Shown here one piece after another: positions 18,577-26,327 of a DNA stretch of 39,663 nt. Numbering within the stretch: the stretch's first letter is position 1; each line of letters opens with the position of its first letter. This DNA is from a virus: positions 1-39,663 of the IMG/VR virus record IMGVR_UViG_3300045988_057690; one strand, written 5' to 3'. Made by a program: the position numbers and the translations under genes. The notes beneath the pieces were generated by a model. It was not told the DNA's origin. It searched no databases and worked only from the letters and a program-made list of their open reading frames with translations.

Positions 18577-18860
18577 AAAACATGGAGAACATCGGGATCG
18601 CCAACGTGGGCATTGCCAGCGTGGCGGCCATCACCGTAATTTGCTACCTGGTGGGGTTGATCGTCAAGGCCAGCGGCCTGAATGATAAGTACATCCCCAT
18701 CTGCTGCGGCGTGGCCGGAGCGGCGCTGGGCGTGGCCGGGCTGTATCTGGGCCTGCCGGAGTTTCCCGCCCACGACCCGCTGACCGCTCTGGCTGTGGGC
18801 ATCGTGTCCGGGCTGGCGGCGACGGGGGCCAATCAGGTTTTCAAGCAGCTGGGGAAATAA
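18573..18860 (+). CDS. Holin
   Basis: 95 aa with several predicted membrane helices and a charged C-terminus. Lies upstream of the endolysin. Confidence 0.75.
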   Translation: MKNMENIGIANVGIASVAAITVICYLVGLIVKASGLNDKYIPICCGVAGAALGVAGLYLGLPEFPAHDPLTALAVGIVSGLAATGANQVFKQLGK

Positions 18861-18867
18861 GTTAGGA

Positions 18868-18916
18868 GTTAGGAGTGATGAGATAGGAGTTGAACTCATC
18901 ACTCATCACTCCTAAC
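18868..18916. other. 15-bp inverted repeat within a repetitive TAGGAGT / ACTCATC element
   Basis: GTTAGGAGTGATGAG (18868-18882) pairs with CTCATCACTCCTAAC (18902-18916). Confidence 0.6.
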
Positions 18917-18960
18917 TCATCCCTGAAAGAACACTATCGACTATAGAAAGGAAGTTTTTT

Positions 18961-19209
18961 ATGAACACCAATATCCTGTACGACATCTACACCATCAACC
19001 ACCAGACCCCCGGCGAGGACCTGACCGTCTCCATGGCTAAGTTCCAGGCCCAGCTCCCCGGCGTTCTGCCCCACGAGGAGGCCAAGGTCATGCGGGAGTT
19101 CATTGGCCGCCACGGCAAGGCCCTGGCCATGGCGTTCCGCAAGAGCAAGGCCACTTTCCAGGCGGTGGCCGAAGTCCTCTATGCCGAGGACAACGAGGCC
19201 GCCCAGTGA
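18961..19209 (+). CDS. Hypothetical protein
   Basis: 82 aa. Its stop overlaps the endolysin start. Confidence 0.55.
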   Translation: MNTNILYDIYTINHQTPGEDLTVSMAKFQAQLPGVLPHEEAKVMREFIGRHGKALAMAFRKSKATFQAVAEVLYAEDNEAAQ

Positions 19210-19979
19210 GGCTGCACAGAGCCCTGCTGACCCACAACGACTGTTACATCAAGGGCCGCACCATTAAGCCCAAGGGCGTGATGGTCCACAGCACCGGAGC
19301 CAATAACCCCTGGCTCCGGCGCTATGTGGCCCCGGATGACGGGCGGCTGGGGGCACCCAGCCCCCGACACTGGAACCAGGGCGGCGTGGGGGCCTGCGTC
19401 CACGCCATGATCGGCAAAACCGCGGACGGAAGCGTAGCCGTCTACCAGACCCTGCCATGGAATATGCGGGGGTGGCACTGCGGGCGCAGCGGCAACGACA
19501 CCCACATCGCCTTTGAGATCTGCGAGGACGGGCTGACCGACGAGGGCTATTTTCAGGCCACCTATCAGGCCGCCGTGGAGCTGACGGCGTACCTGTGCAA
19601 GCTGTACCATCTGGACCCCCAGGCCGACGGGGTGGTGCTGTGCCACAGCGAGGGCTATGCCCGGGGCATTGCGTCCAACCACGCCGACGTGATGCACTGG
19701 TGGCGCAAGTTTGGCGTGGACATGAACGACTTCCGGGCCGACGTGGCGGCGGAAATGCGAGGAGGTGATGACATAATGGATGCACATGTGCGGCAGATCG
19801 TCCGGGAGGAGCTAGTTGCCTATCATATCCGGCTGGCGGAGCTGCCGCCCAGCGACTGGGCCAGAGACCAGCTGTCCGCCGCCGTGGCCGCCGGGATCAC
19901 CGACGGCAAGCGGCCACAGTCCCACGCCACCCGGCAAGAGGTGGCGATCATGGTGCGCAAGGCGCTGGAGGGCAAGTAA
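19206..19979 (+). CDS. Endolysin, N-acetylmuramoyl-L-alanine amidase (Amidase_2/PGRP-like) with a C-terminal wall-binding-like segment
   Basis: 257 aa. VMVHSTGANNPW...HAMIGKTADGSVAVYQTLPW...GWHCG...THIAFEICED. Confidence 0.85.
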   Translation: MRLHRALLTHNDCYIKGRTIKPKGVMVHSTGANNPWLRRYVAPDDGRLGAPSPRHWNQGGVGACVHAMIGKTADGSVAVYQTLPWNMRGWHCGRSGNDTHIAFEICEDGLTDEGYFQATYQAAVELTAYLCKLYHLDPQADGVVLCHSEGYARGIASNHADVMHWWRKFGVDMNDFRADVAAEMRGGDDIMDAHVRQIVREELVAYHIRLAELPPSDWARDQLSAAVAAGITDGKRPQSHATRQEVAIMVRKALEGK

Positions 19980-20061
19980 CCCTCAATAAAAAAGAAAGGG
20001 CATTGGACGGCACTATGCCCACGCCGAAAGGCGCTCCGCAAGTCCATGTATCGGTGATATC

Positions 20062-20319
20062 ATGGACCAACAACACCGGGCCATCAGGGCCTGTATATCC
20101 AGCATGGCCCCCAGAAGGGCCGTGGAGTATATCCGATCCTTTGAGTTACCGGACGAAGAGGCCGCGTGTCTGATCGAGTGCGACGTGCGGCGGAGATCAT
20201 ACGTGCAGACTGCTGACCGGTTGCACATTTCGCCCGAGACCATCAAAAAGCGCCGCCGCCGCGCCTACAAGAAAATGGCGGACGAATTGAATAACAGGAC
20301 CCAAACAAAGACCTTTTGA
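20062..20319 (+). CDS. Small sigma-70 region-4 / LuxR-type HTH protein
   Basis: 85 aa. SYVQTADRLHISPETIKKRRRRAYKKM is an HTH followed by a basic helix. Confidence 0.55.
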   Translation: MDQQHRAIRACISSMAPRRAVEYIRSFELPDEEAACLIECDVRRRSYVQTADRLHISPETIKKRRRRAYKKMADELNNRTQTKTF

Positions 20320-20347
20320 GGACCCTTTGTTTGGGTCCTTTTTTTGT
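20296..20347 (+). terminator. Rho-independent terminator
   Basis: 15-bp stem AGGACCCAAACAAAG / CTTTGTTTGGGTCCT followed by TTTTTTTG. It overlaps the stop codon. Confidence 0.85.
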
Positions 20348-20375
20348 ATTATCAAAACAGAAAGAAGGTGGCCCG

Positions 20376-20753
20376 ATGTATCGCTATTACAACCCATCAC
20401 CGACAGGGAAAAATGTAGGTGATTGCACTGTCCGGGCCATTGCAAAAGCCACCGGGAAGAGCTGGGGAGAGGCATATCTAAGCCTCGCCGTCCAAGGGTA
20501 CTTAATGGGTGATATGCCCAGCGCAAACGCCTGTTGGGGGGCCTATCTGCGCAAGCTGGGGTTCGTCCGGCGGATGCTGCCGGATAGCTGCCCCGAGTGC
20601 TACACCCTCCGGGAGTTTGCGGAGGACTACGATCAAGGGACCTATATCGTCGCCCTGTCAGGGCACGTGGTATGCGTGGAGGACGGGGTGATTTGGGATA
20701 GTTGGGATTCCGGCGGCGAAGTGCCGCTGTATTACTGGGTAAAGGAGCATTGA
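20376..20753 (+). CDS. Putative papain-fold cysteine peptidase/amidase
   Basis: ATG 20376 after GAAGGTGG. Candidate catalytic arrangement GDCTVRAI (Cys) ... SGHVVCVEDG (His) ... WDSWD (Asp). Confidence 0.45.
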   Translation: MYRYYNPSPTGKNVGDCTVRAIAKATGKSWGEAYLSLAVQGYLMGDMPSANACWGAYLRKLGFVRRMLPDSCPECYTLREFAEDYDQGTYIVALSGHVVCVEDGVIWDSWDSGGEVPLYYWVKEH

Positions 20754-20754
20754 T

Positions 20755-21189
20755 ATGGCATATACACCTTACGGCTACAATCCGTACTATCCGCCGCCCA
20801 TGCAGGACAATTTGATGCAGATGCGGCAGCAGTTCCAGCCACCGGCCCAGCCAGCCCCAGCGCCCCAGCAGGGTATGATCTGGGTGCAGGGAGAGACCGG
20901 AGCCAAAAGCTACATGGTAGCCAGCGGCAACACCGTCCCCTTGTGGGACAGCGAGAACCAGACTATCTACATCAAGTCGGTTGACGCTTCCGGCATCCCG
21001 TCCATGCGCGTCCTTGACTACACGGAGCGGACAGTGGCCCCTAAGTCCACCGCCGCCACACCTGGCGTTGACTACGCTCCACGCAGTGAGTTGGAGGCAT
21101 TGACCCGCCAGGTCGCAGACCTGAAAGCCCAGGTCGCGGCCCTGTCCGAAAAGAAAGACGGCGGAGAGGAGGGTGTGAAGCGTGGCTAA
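20755..21189 (+). CDS. Hypothetical protein with a Pro/Gln/Tyr-rich N-terminus
   Basis: 144 aa. MAYTPYGYNPYYPPPMQDNLMQMRQQFQPPAQPAPAPQQ. Confidence 0.6.
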   Translation: MAYTPYGYNPYYPPPMQDNLMQMRQQFQPPAQPAPAPQQGMIWVQGETGAKSYMVASGNTVPLWDSENQTIYIKSVDASGIPSMRVLDYTERTVAPKSTAATPGVDYAPRSELEALTRQVADLKAQVAALSEKKDGGEEGVKRG

Positions 21190-21400
21190 CCCCTTGTTCC
21201 AGGCCCTGGTCGGTGGGCAAATGCCCGGCCCCATGGGCCAGTTTCAGCGCATGATGCAGCAGTTTCAGCAGTTCAAGGCGAACTTCCAGGGCGACCCCCA
21301 GCAAGAGGTGCAGAAGCTCTTACAGAGCGGGAAAATTACGCAGCAGCAACTCGACCAGATACAGCAAATGGCAAAGCAATTCCAAACCATGTTGAAATAA
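21182..21400 (+). CDS. Gln-rich small protein
   Basis: 72 aa, GTG start after GGAGAGGAGGGTG. Confidence 0.5.
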   Translation: MANPLFQALVGGQMPGPMGQFQRMMQQFQQFKANFQGDPQQEVQKLLQSGKITQQQLDQIQQMAKQFQTMLK

Positions 21401-21450
21401 AAATCAATATCGTGGCCACGATTTGATGAATAAACAAAAGGAGTGATTTT

Positions 21451-22218
21451 ATGTCTCTTTCCGATGGTATGCCCACTATGACTATGCCTGTTGCCCCTGC
21501 GAACACCGGTAACGGTGGTGGATTCGGCTGGGGTGGGGAAAGCATTTGGATGATCGTACTGTTCCTGATTTTTGCCGTTTTTGGTTGGGGCGGCAACGGC
21601 TGGGGTGGCAACGGAAACAACGGCGCCGCCGATAACTACGTCCTTGCCAGCGATTTTGCGACCCTCCAGCGGCAGATTGACAGTGCGGCGTCCACCATTG
21701 AGCGCAAGGGCGATATCACCCAGCAGGGCATTTGTGACGGCTTCTACGCCATGAACACCACTCTGCTGAACGGCTTTGCCGGTGTCAACCAGAACATGAG
21801 CAACGGTTTCCAGACCGCTGAACTGTCCCGGTGCAACCAGCAGGCCGCCTTGATGCAACAGCTCAATGCCATGCAGATGCAGGCCCAGCAGTGCTGCTGT
21901 GACCAGCGGGCTGACACTGCACAGGTGCGCTATGACATGGCCCAGCAGGGCTGCGAGACCCGCAACGCCATCCAGACGGCTACCCGTGACATCATCGATA
22001 ACGCCAACTGCAACAGCCGGGCCATCCTGGACTTCCTGACCCAGAGTAAGTTGCAGGATCTCCAGAGCGAGAACCAGGGGCTGAAGCTGGCGGCGTCTCA
22101 GGCCGCCCAGAACAACTACCTGATCTCCCAGCTGCGGCCCACGCCCATTCCGGCCTATGCCAGCTGTAACCCATGGGCGGGCGGAAGCTACACGGGATGC
22201 GGCACCTGCGGCTGCTGA
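21451..22218 (+). CDS. Membrane protein with a Gly/Trp-rich N-terminus and a Gln/Asn/Cys-rich body ending in CGTCGC
   Basis: 255 aa, AAAGGAGTG RBS. Hydrophobic segment IWMIVLFLIFAVFGW. Cysteine clusters QQCCCDQ and GCGTCGC. Confidence 0.65.
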   Translation: MSLSDGMPTMTMPVAPANTGNGGGFGWGGESIWMIVLFLIFAVFGWGGNGWGGNGNNGAADNYVLASDFATLQRQIDSAASTIERKGDITQQGICDGFYAMNTTLLNGFAGVNQNMSNGFQTAELSRCNQQAALMQQLNAMQMQAQQCCCDQRADTAQVRYDMAQQGCETRNAIQTATRDIIDNANCNSRAILDFLTQSKLQDLQSENQGLKLAASQAAQNNYLISQLRPTPIPAYASCNPWAGGSYTGCGTCGC

Positions 22219-22290
22219 CAACTGCATAGTGCAATAGCTTTTTCGTGAGCTCACGAAAATGATCGGCCCCGAGCCGATACTGACAATAAT

Positions 22291-22323
22291 GCGGCGGGGC
22301 AATAGCTCCGCCGCTGTATTTTA
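22291..22323 (+). terminator. Terminator-like hairpin, one of four hairpins between 22239 and 22342
   Basis: GCGGCGG ggcaatagct CCGCCGC followed by TGTATTTTA. Neighbouring palindromes are TTTTCGTGAGCTCACGAAAA and GGGTCGAttTCGACCC. Confidence 0.5.
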
Positions 22324-22362
22324 ACCGGGTCGATTTCGACCCCTTTAGGAAGGAATGATTTT

Positions 22363-22560
22363 GTGAAAACGGTTGACGAACTTAAGCAGGAATTTGTCGA
22401 TCACATTGCAACTCTGGACAAGAGTGAAATGAGCATGTACGATCTTAGCAATTATGCCGATCTTTTGCGTAAAGCGGACGAATTATTTGCGCCCAGCTAC
22501 GCGGAAATGATCGCAAATGGTGCGTTTGCCCCTTTTGGGGCAAATCAGAGAAAGGAGTGA
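22363..22560 (+). CDS. Hypothetical small protein
   Basis: 65 aa, GTG start after GGAAGGAA. Confidence 0.45.
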   Translation: MKTVDELKQEFVDHIATLDKSEMSMYDLSNYADLLRKADELFAPSYAEMIANGAFAPFGANQRKE

Positions 22561-22567
22561 TACCAGT

Positions 22568-22990
22568 ATGGCTGAGTTTAGTAATTCTAGCATTGCTTTG
22601 GTCCCTGCCGGGCAGAACGTCCCACTGACCGAAACGGCGGTCAATAGCAAGCCCTGTATCGTGCATCGTCAGGGCGCAGGCGTTGTCACGCTTCGCGGCC
22701 TCACCAATCAAAATCGCGCCCTGTTTAGGGTCTCCTATGGCGGCAACATCGCTATTCCCACTGGAGGCACGGTCGAGGCCATCACGGCGGCGCTTGCCAT
22801 CAACGGAGAGCCGCTGACCAGTGCAACGGCGACTGTCACGCCTGCGGCGGTAGCGAACTACTTTAACATTTATGTTTCCGCACAGGTCTGCGTCCCGAAA
22901 GGCTGCTGCCTGACGGTCGCAATGGAAAACACCAGCACTCAGGCCGTCAACTTCTCCAACTCGAATCTGACGGTTGAAAGAATCGCGTGA
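22568..22990 (+). CDS. BclA C-terminal-domain-like (TNF/C1q-type jelly-roll) protein without a collagen stalk
   Basis: ATG 22568 after AAAGGAGTG, 140 aa. The pattern of beta-strand motifs and the C-terminal ending LTVERIA resemble the BclA C-terminal domain ending IIIEKVA (recalled). Confidence 0.4.
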   Translation: MAEFSNSSIALVPAGQNVPLTETAVNSKPCIVHRQGAGVVTLRGLTNQNRALFRVSYGGNIAIPTGGTVEAITAALAINGEPLTSATATVTPAAVANYFNIYVSAQVCVPKGCCLTVAMENTSTQAVNFSNSNLTVERIA

Positions 22991-23003
22991 AAGGAGAGAG
23001 GAC

Positions 23004-23399
23004 ATGAGCAAGAAAGCAATGTATGATCTGCGCAATATGCTCTGCAAAGAGCTGGACGAGATCGCCCGTAAGGGTGAGCTGGGGGCCGGGGACCTGGATA
23101 TCGCCCACAAGCTGACCGACACCATCAAGAACATCGACAAAATCGAGATGCTGGAGGAGGGATATAGCCGGGACGGCGACTACTCCGAGGGCCGGTACTC
23201 CCGTGAAGGTGACGAACGGGCCTCTTATGGCCGGGGCAACTCCTACGCCAGACGGGGCACCCACTACGTCCGGGGCCATTACAGCCGGGACGGACGCAAG
23301 GAGGATATGCGGCGGCAGCTCCAAGATATGCTGGACCAGGCCGATGATGACAGTATCCGCAACGCCATCCAGCGCTGCATGGATAGCGTAGACTGGTAA
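23004..23399 (+). CDS. Hypothetical protein with an Arg/Tyr/Gly/Ser/Asp-rich low-complexity core
   Basis: ATG 23004 after AAGGAGAGAGG. Core EGYSRDGDYSEGRYSREGDERASYGRGNSYARRGTHYVRGHYSRDGR. Confidence 0.6.
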   Translation: MSKKAMYDLRNMLCKELDEIARKGELGAGDLDIAHKLTDTIKNIDKIEMLEEGYSRDGDYSEGRYSREGDERASYGRGNSYARRGTHYVRGHYSRDGRKEDMRRQLQDMLDQADDDSIRNAIQRCMDSVDW

Positions 23400-23418
23400 G
23401 GAGAGGGGGTAACTCCCC

Positions 23419-23742
23419 ATGTTGGACGAACGAGAAATAAACGCATGGATCGCCCGTCTCGAAGCAGAGGATTCCAGTTGGAACGTCTATGAGCGCCTTG
23501 CCATCCTCTACGCCATCCGTGGGCGTAACGACCAGCGGGATATCAGCCCCTCCCCCGTCATGTATTCCGCTGCTGCGCCCCCTGATACGGTGGCCCAGTA
23601 CGGTGACACGGACTTTCTCCAGGCTGTCGCCAGGAAGTCGCCTGATAAGCTGTGGCCCATCATGGACGAGTTGATGGACAGCCTTGCAATCACCAACAGG
23701 CGCGTCTATGATAATGTCATGCGCAAAATAGATAGGATTTAA
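23419..23742 (+). CDS. Hypothetical protein
   Basis: 107 aa, AAGGAGAGGGGG RBS. Confidence 0.6.
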   Translation: MLDEREINAWIARLEAEDSSWNVYERLAILYAIRGRNDQRDISPSPVMYSAAAPPDTVAQYGDTDFLQAVARKSPDKLWPIMDELMDSLAITNRRVYDNVMRKIDRI

Positions 23743-23750
23743 TCAAAGAC

Positions 23751-23799
23751 GTGGGCTAAATCGACATATAACCGCCGGTTTAGCTCACGTTTTCGTTTT
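23751..23799 (+). terminator. Rho-independent terminator
   Basis: GTGGGCTAAA ... TTTAGCTCAC (one G-U pair) followed by GTTTTCGTTTT. Confidence 0.65.
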
Positions 23800-23839
23800 A
23801 GGTATATTTGCTGTTGCCTAATGCTAAGAGAAAATATGC

Positions 23840-25186
23840 CTAAACTGGCGTTACAAAAAACGCACCGTTATCATCCGCCTCGATGCGCTGCACCGTTCTG
23901 GCCCAAAAGGCCTTTTTTTGTGCCCTGGTCATGCTAGGGTACTCCTCCAATTGGCACTTTATTTCTGATATTGGGGTCGGGGGAGGGGCCATCTTCTGCA
24001 CCATCTCCAGCGTTTCCAGTTGTTCCTTTAGACCTGCATAGTCCTTTTTATAGTCCTCTATCTCAATTAGATCCGATAGATACAAGTCTTTGAGCTTCTG
24101 CATTTTGCGCCGGATAGATTCCGGGGTGACTGCCGGGGCTTTTTCTTTTTTGGCCCTCTTTTCGACCTGGAACCGGTAAGCCTCTATGAGATGCACGATC
24201 TCCCGTAAAAGATAATCTTCCAATACATCCTCTTTGACGCGGTGGACGTGTTTGCACGTTCCCTTAATCATCTTTGTTCGGCACCTATAATAGATATACG
24301 TGTATGTCTTCCCGTTCTCCCCCTTTATCTTTGTTTCTGATTGCATCGATTTCCCACATTCGCGGCACACAAGCAGCCTAGAAAAGAGGTATACGCGATC
24401 TGCATTTTCGGACGAATTCCGGGTGCTCCTCCGAGCGAGTATAGCGTTCGCCAGATCAAAGTCTTTTTTGTCTATCAACGCGGGAAAAGCGTTCTCAACT
24501 CCATACGCCTCCCCAATATATAGCCTGTTCTTGATGTATCGCACAAAGTTATTGTATGTCCGGGTTATCCCGTAGCGCTCACGCATATATTTCGATACGC
24601 CCAGGGCGGACTGCAATGCAATATACTGGGCAAACATATCACGGGCTATATCGGCCGTTTCCGGGTCGATGGTATAGTGGCTGTTCACTACCTTTATCCC
24701 GAGGGGAGCCTTTGCATTCGTTGACTGACCCTTTGCTTTTTTTGCCTCTGTAATAAAGCGGATTCGTTCGCTTGTCCGGTCCGCTTCGTCCTGCGCCACG
24801 GACAGCATGATATTGACTTTGAGCCGCCCGGACGCTGTTCTCGTCTCGTAGTCCTCTTTGGTAGCCTGCCACGACACGCCGCACCTGTCTAGGATATCCT
24901 GGACGGCGTAGTAGTTCCCAACGTTGCGGAACCATCTGTCCAGCTTAATAAACAGGATGACATCGACCTTGTGCGCCTCGCAATCGCTTAGTAGCCGCAG
25001 CAGATCGGGGCGCTTCGTGTACGGCTTCCTGGCCGATATCCCGGCATCGCTATACACCCCCACCACATCCATGCCGTTCTTCTCTGCATACGCTTTCAGG
25101 GAGTTTAGCTGTTCCTGCAGCGACAACCCGTGCTTTGCCTGTTCCTCCGTGGACACCCTGACGTAGAGTGCAGCTCTTTGTTTCAT
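23840..25186 (-). CDS. int: Large serine recombinase (integrase)
   Basis: 448 aa. Resolvase N-terminus AALYVRVSTEEQ with catalytic Ser, a recombinase domain, a zinc ribbon CRECGK...YYRC and a C-terminal coiled coil. Confidence 0.95.
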   Translation of the reverse strand: MKQRAALYVRVSTEEQAKHGLSLQEQLNSLKAYAEKNGMDVVGVYSDAGISARKPYTKRPDLLRLLSDCEAHKVDVILFIKLDRWFRNVGNYYAVQDILDRCGVSWQATKEDYETRTASGRLKVNIMLSVAQDEADRTSERIRFITEAKKAKGQSTNAKAPLGIKVVNSHYTIDPETADIARDMFAQYIALQSALGVSKYMRERYGITRTYNNFVRYIKNRLYIGEAYGVENAFPALIDKKDFDLANAILARRSTRNSSENADRVYLFSRLLVCRECGKSMQSETKIKGENGKTYTYIYYRCRTKMIKGTCKHVHRVKEDVLEDYLLREIVHLIEAYRFQVEKRAKKEKAPAVTPESIRRKMQKLKDLYLSDLIEIEDYKKDYAGLKEQLETLEMVQKMAPPPTPISEIKCQLEEYPSMTRAQKKAFWARTVQRIEADDNGAFFVTPV

Positions 25187-25195
25187 GTGGTAACC

Positions 25196-25609
25196 TCACC
25201 CTCTAAAAAAACCGACTGTAGACGCACAATTATCCAGCGTGACCGCATACATGGCGATCAGTGCAACAACAACTATCAAGCCAAACACGATCCTACGCAG
25301 CATCTTCACGCTTCGCTCCAGCAAATCCTGCTTCTCACGCTCGACTTTGAGTTGCCGTTCCATCAACTCACGCTCGGACGGAGTAGGCTCATCTCCCGGG
25401 TCATCCGGCACGATTCCAAATATTTTGTCCAGGCTGACCCCCAGGACAGCACAAATAGGCCCGACAGTGTAGACGGACGGCGACTTTGAGGCAGACGAAA
25501 AGAAATTGTTTACCGTGGAAATGTTCACGTCCGATTTGTCCGCGACATCCTGATTCGTCAGCTTTTTCCGTTCCTTCGCCTCACGGCAAATATCCTGCAA
25601 GGGCATCAT
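25196..25609 (-). CDS. XRE-family HTH regulator with coiled coil and C-terminal transmembrane anchor (repressor candidate)
   Basis: ATG 25609 after AGGAGGTGGGG. HTH KLTNQDVADKSDVNISTVNNFFS. C-terminal helix IVFGLIVVVALIAMYAV. Ends 10 nt upstream of the int start. Confidence 0.75.
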   Translation of the reverse strand: MMPLQDICREAKERKKLTNQDVADKSDVNISTVNNFFSSASKSPSVYTVGPICAVLGVSLDKIFGIVPDDPGDEPTPSERELMERQLKVEREKQDLLERSVKMLRRIVFGLIVVVALIAMYAVTLDNCASTVGFFRG

Positions 25610-25850
25610 AAAGCCCCACCTCCTACTGTTTTCTAGCAGTTTGGCGGGGCTTTCCAAGGTTTTATTCGCACAGTCACACAAAAGCCAGCCCAAAAGATGG
25701 AAATAATAGGTTGTTCTGCCAAACTGCATTATGGTAAATTGTGGATAAGGTAAATGGAACAAAAGTTCCACACCACGCCCCGGCCTGCTGCCTGTTGCGG
25801 AGGGCGGCAGGCCGGGGTAAACTGAGGGAAAATGGAAAGAGAGGTACACC

Positions 25851-26009
25851 ATGACACGTGACAATCAGGCGCTTAGACCGCCCCAGGAATCGACGGACAA
25901 CTGCGATATCATCGCAGCAAAAAAGGAACTGCTTGACAAAGTTGGATTGTTGTCCGAAAATGATTGTATCAGCATCCTGCTCATCCTGAAAATAAGGGGG
26001 TTACTATGA
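25851..26009 (+). CDS. Hypothetical 52-aa protein, divergent from the repressor candidate
   Basis: Not in the ORF track because it is under 60 aa. AAAGAGAGG RBS. Its TGA overlaps the ATG of the next ORF. Confidence 0.4.
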   Translation: MTRDNQALRPPQESTDNCDIIAAKKELLDKVGLLSENDCISILLILKIRGLL

Positions 26010-26200
26010 ACCACGATTACACAGGACACCTGGACAAGCTCGTTTTTGACGGCATCGAAATTAAGGGGCACGTGAGCGACATCATCCTGGGGCTGAAGGA
26101 GCTTTCCGGGAAGTTGGACACGCTCATCGCATTGCAGCAAGTTGAAGTATCACTCCTGCAACAGCGGCAAGAGCCGCAACAGCAGAAAGCGCCGCGGTAA
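26006..26200 (+). CDS. Hypothetical 64-aa protein
   Basis: ATG 26006 after AAGGGGG. GC-rich third codon positions over the first ~40 codons match the phage's usage. Confidence 0.45.
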   Translation: MNHDYTGHLDKLVFDGIEIKGHVSDIILGLKELSGKLDTLIALQQVEVSLLQQRQEPQQQKAPR

Positions 26201-26327
26201 CGACAAACCGCCTATTCTCACGCTTTTCCCACTCTGCACGCTTCCTCGCAGCTACTTTCCAGTCGTTCGCTTCTGCGTTGGCCCTGAGCTTGTCTTGCGG
26301 GTCCGACGGAAAAAATGCTGACATCAT
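26124..26327 (-). CDS. Small tail-anchored membrane protein
   Basis: 67 aa. AGGAG RBS and ATGA coupling to the upstream HTH gene. C-terminal helix VVTAALSAVAALAAVAGVILQLAA. Overlaps the 3' end of the 26006-26200 ORF by 77 nt. Confidence 0.4.
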   Translation of the reverse strand: MMSAFFPSDPQDKLRANAEANDWKVAARKRAEWEKRENRRFVVTAALSAVAALAAVAGVILQLAAMR

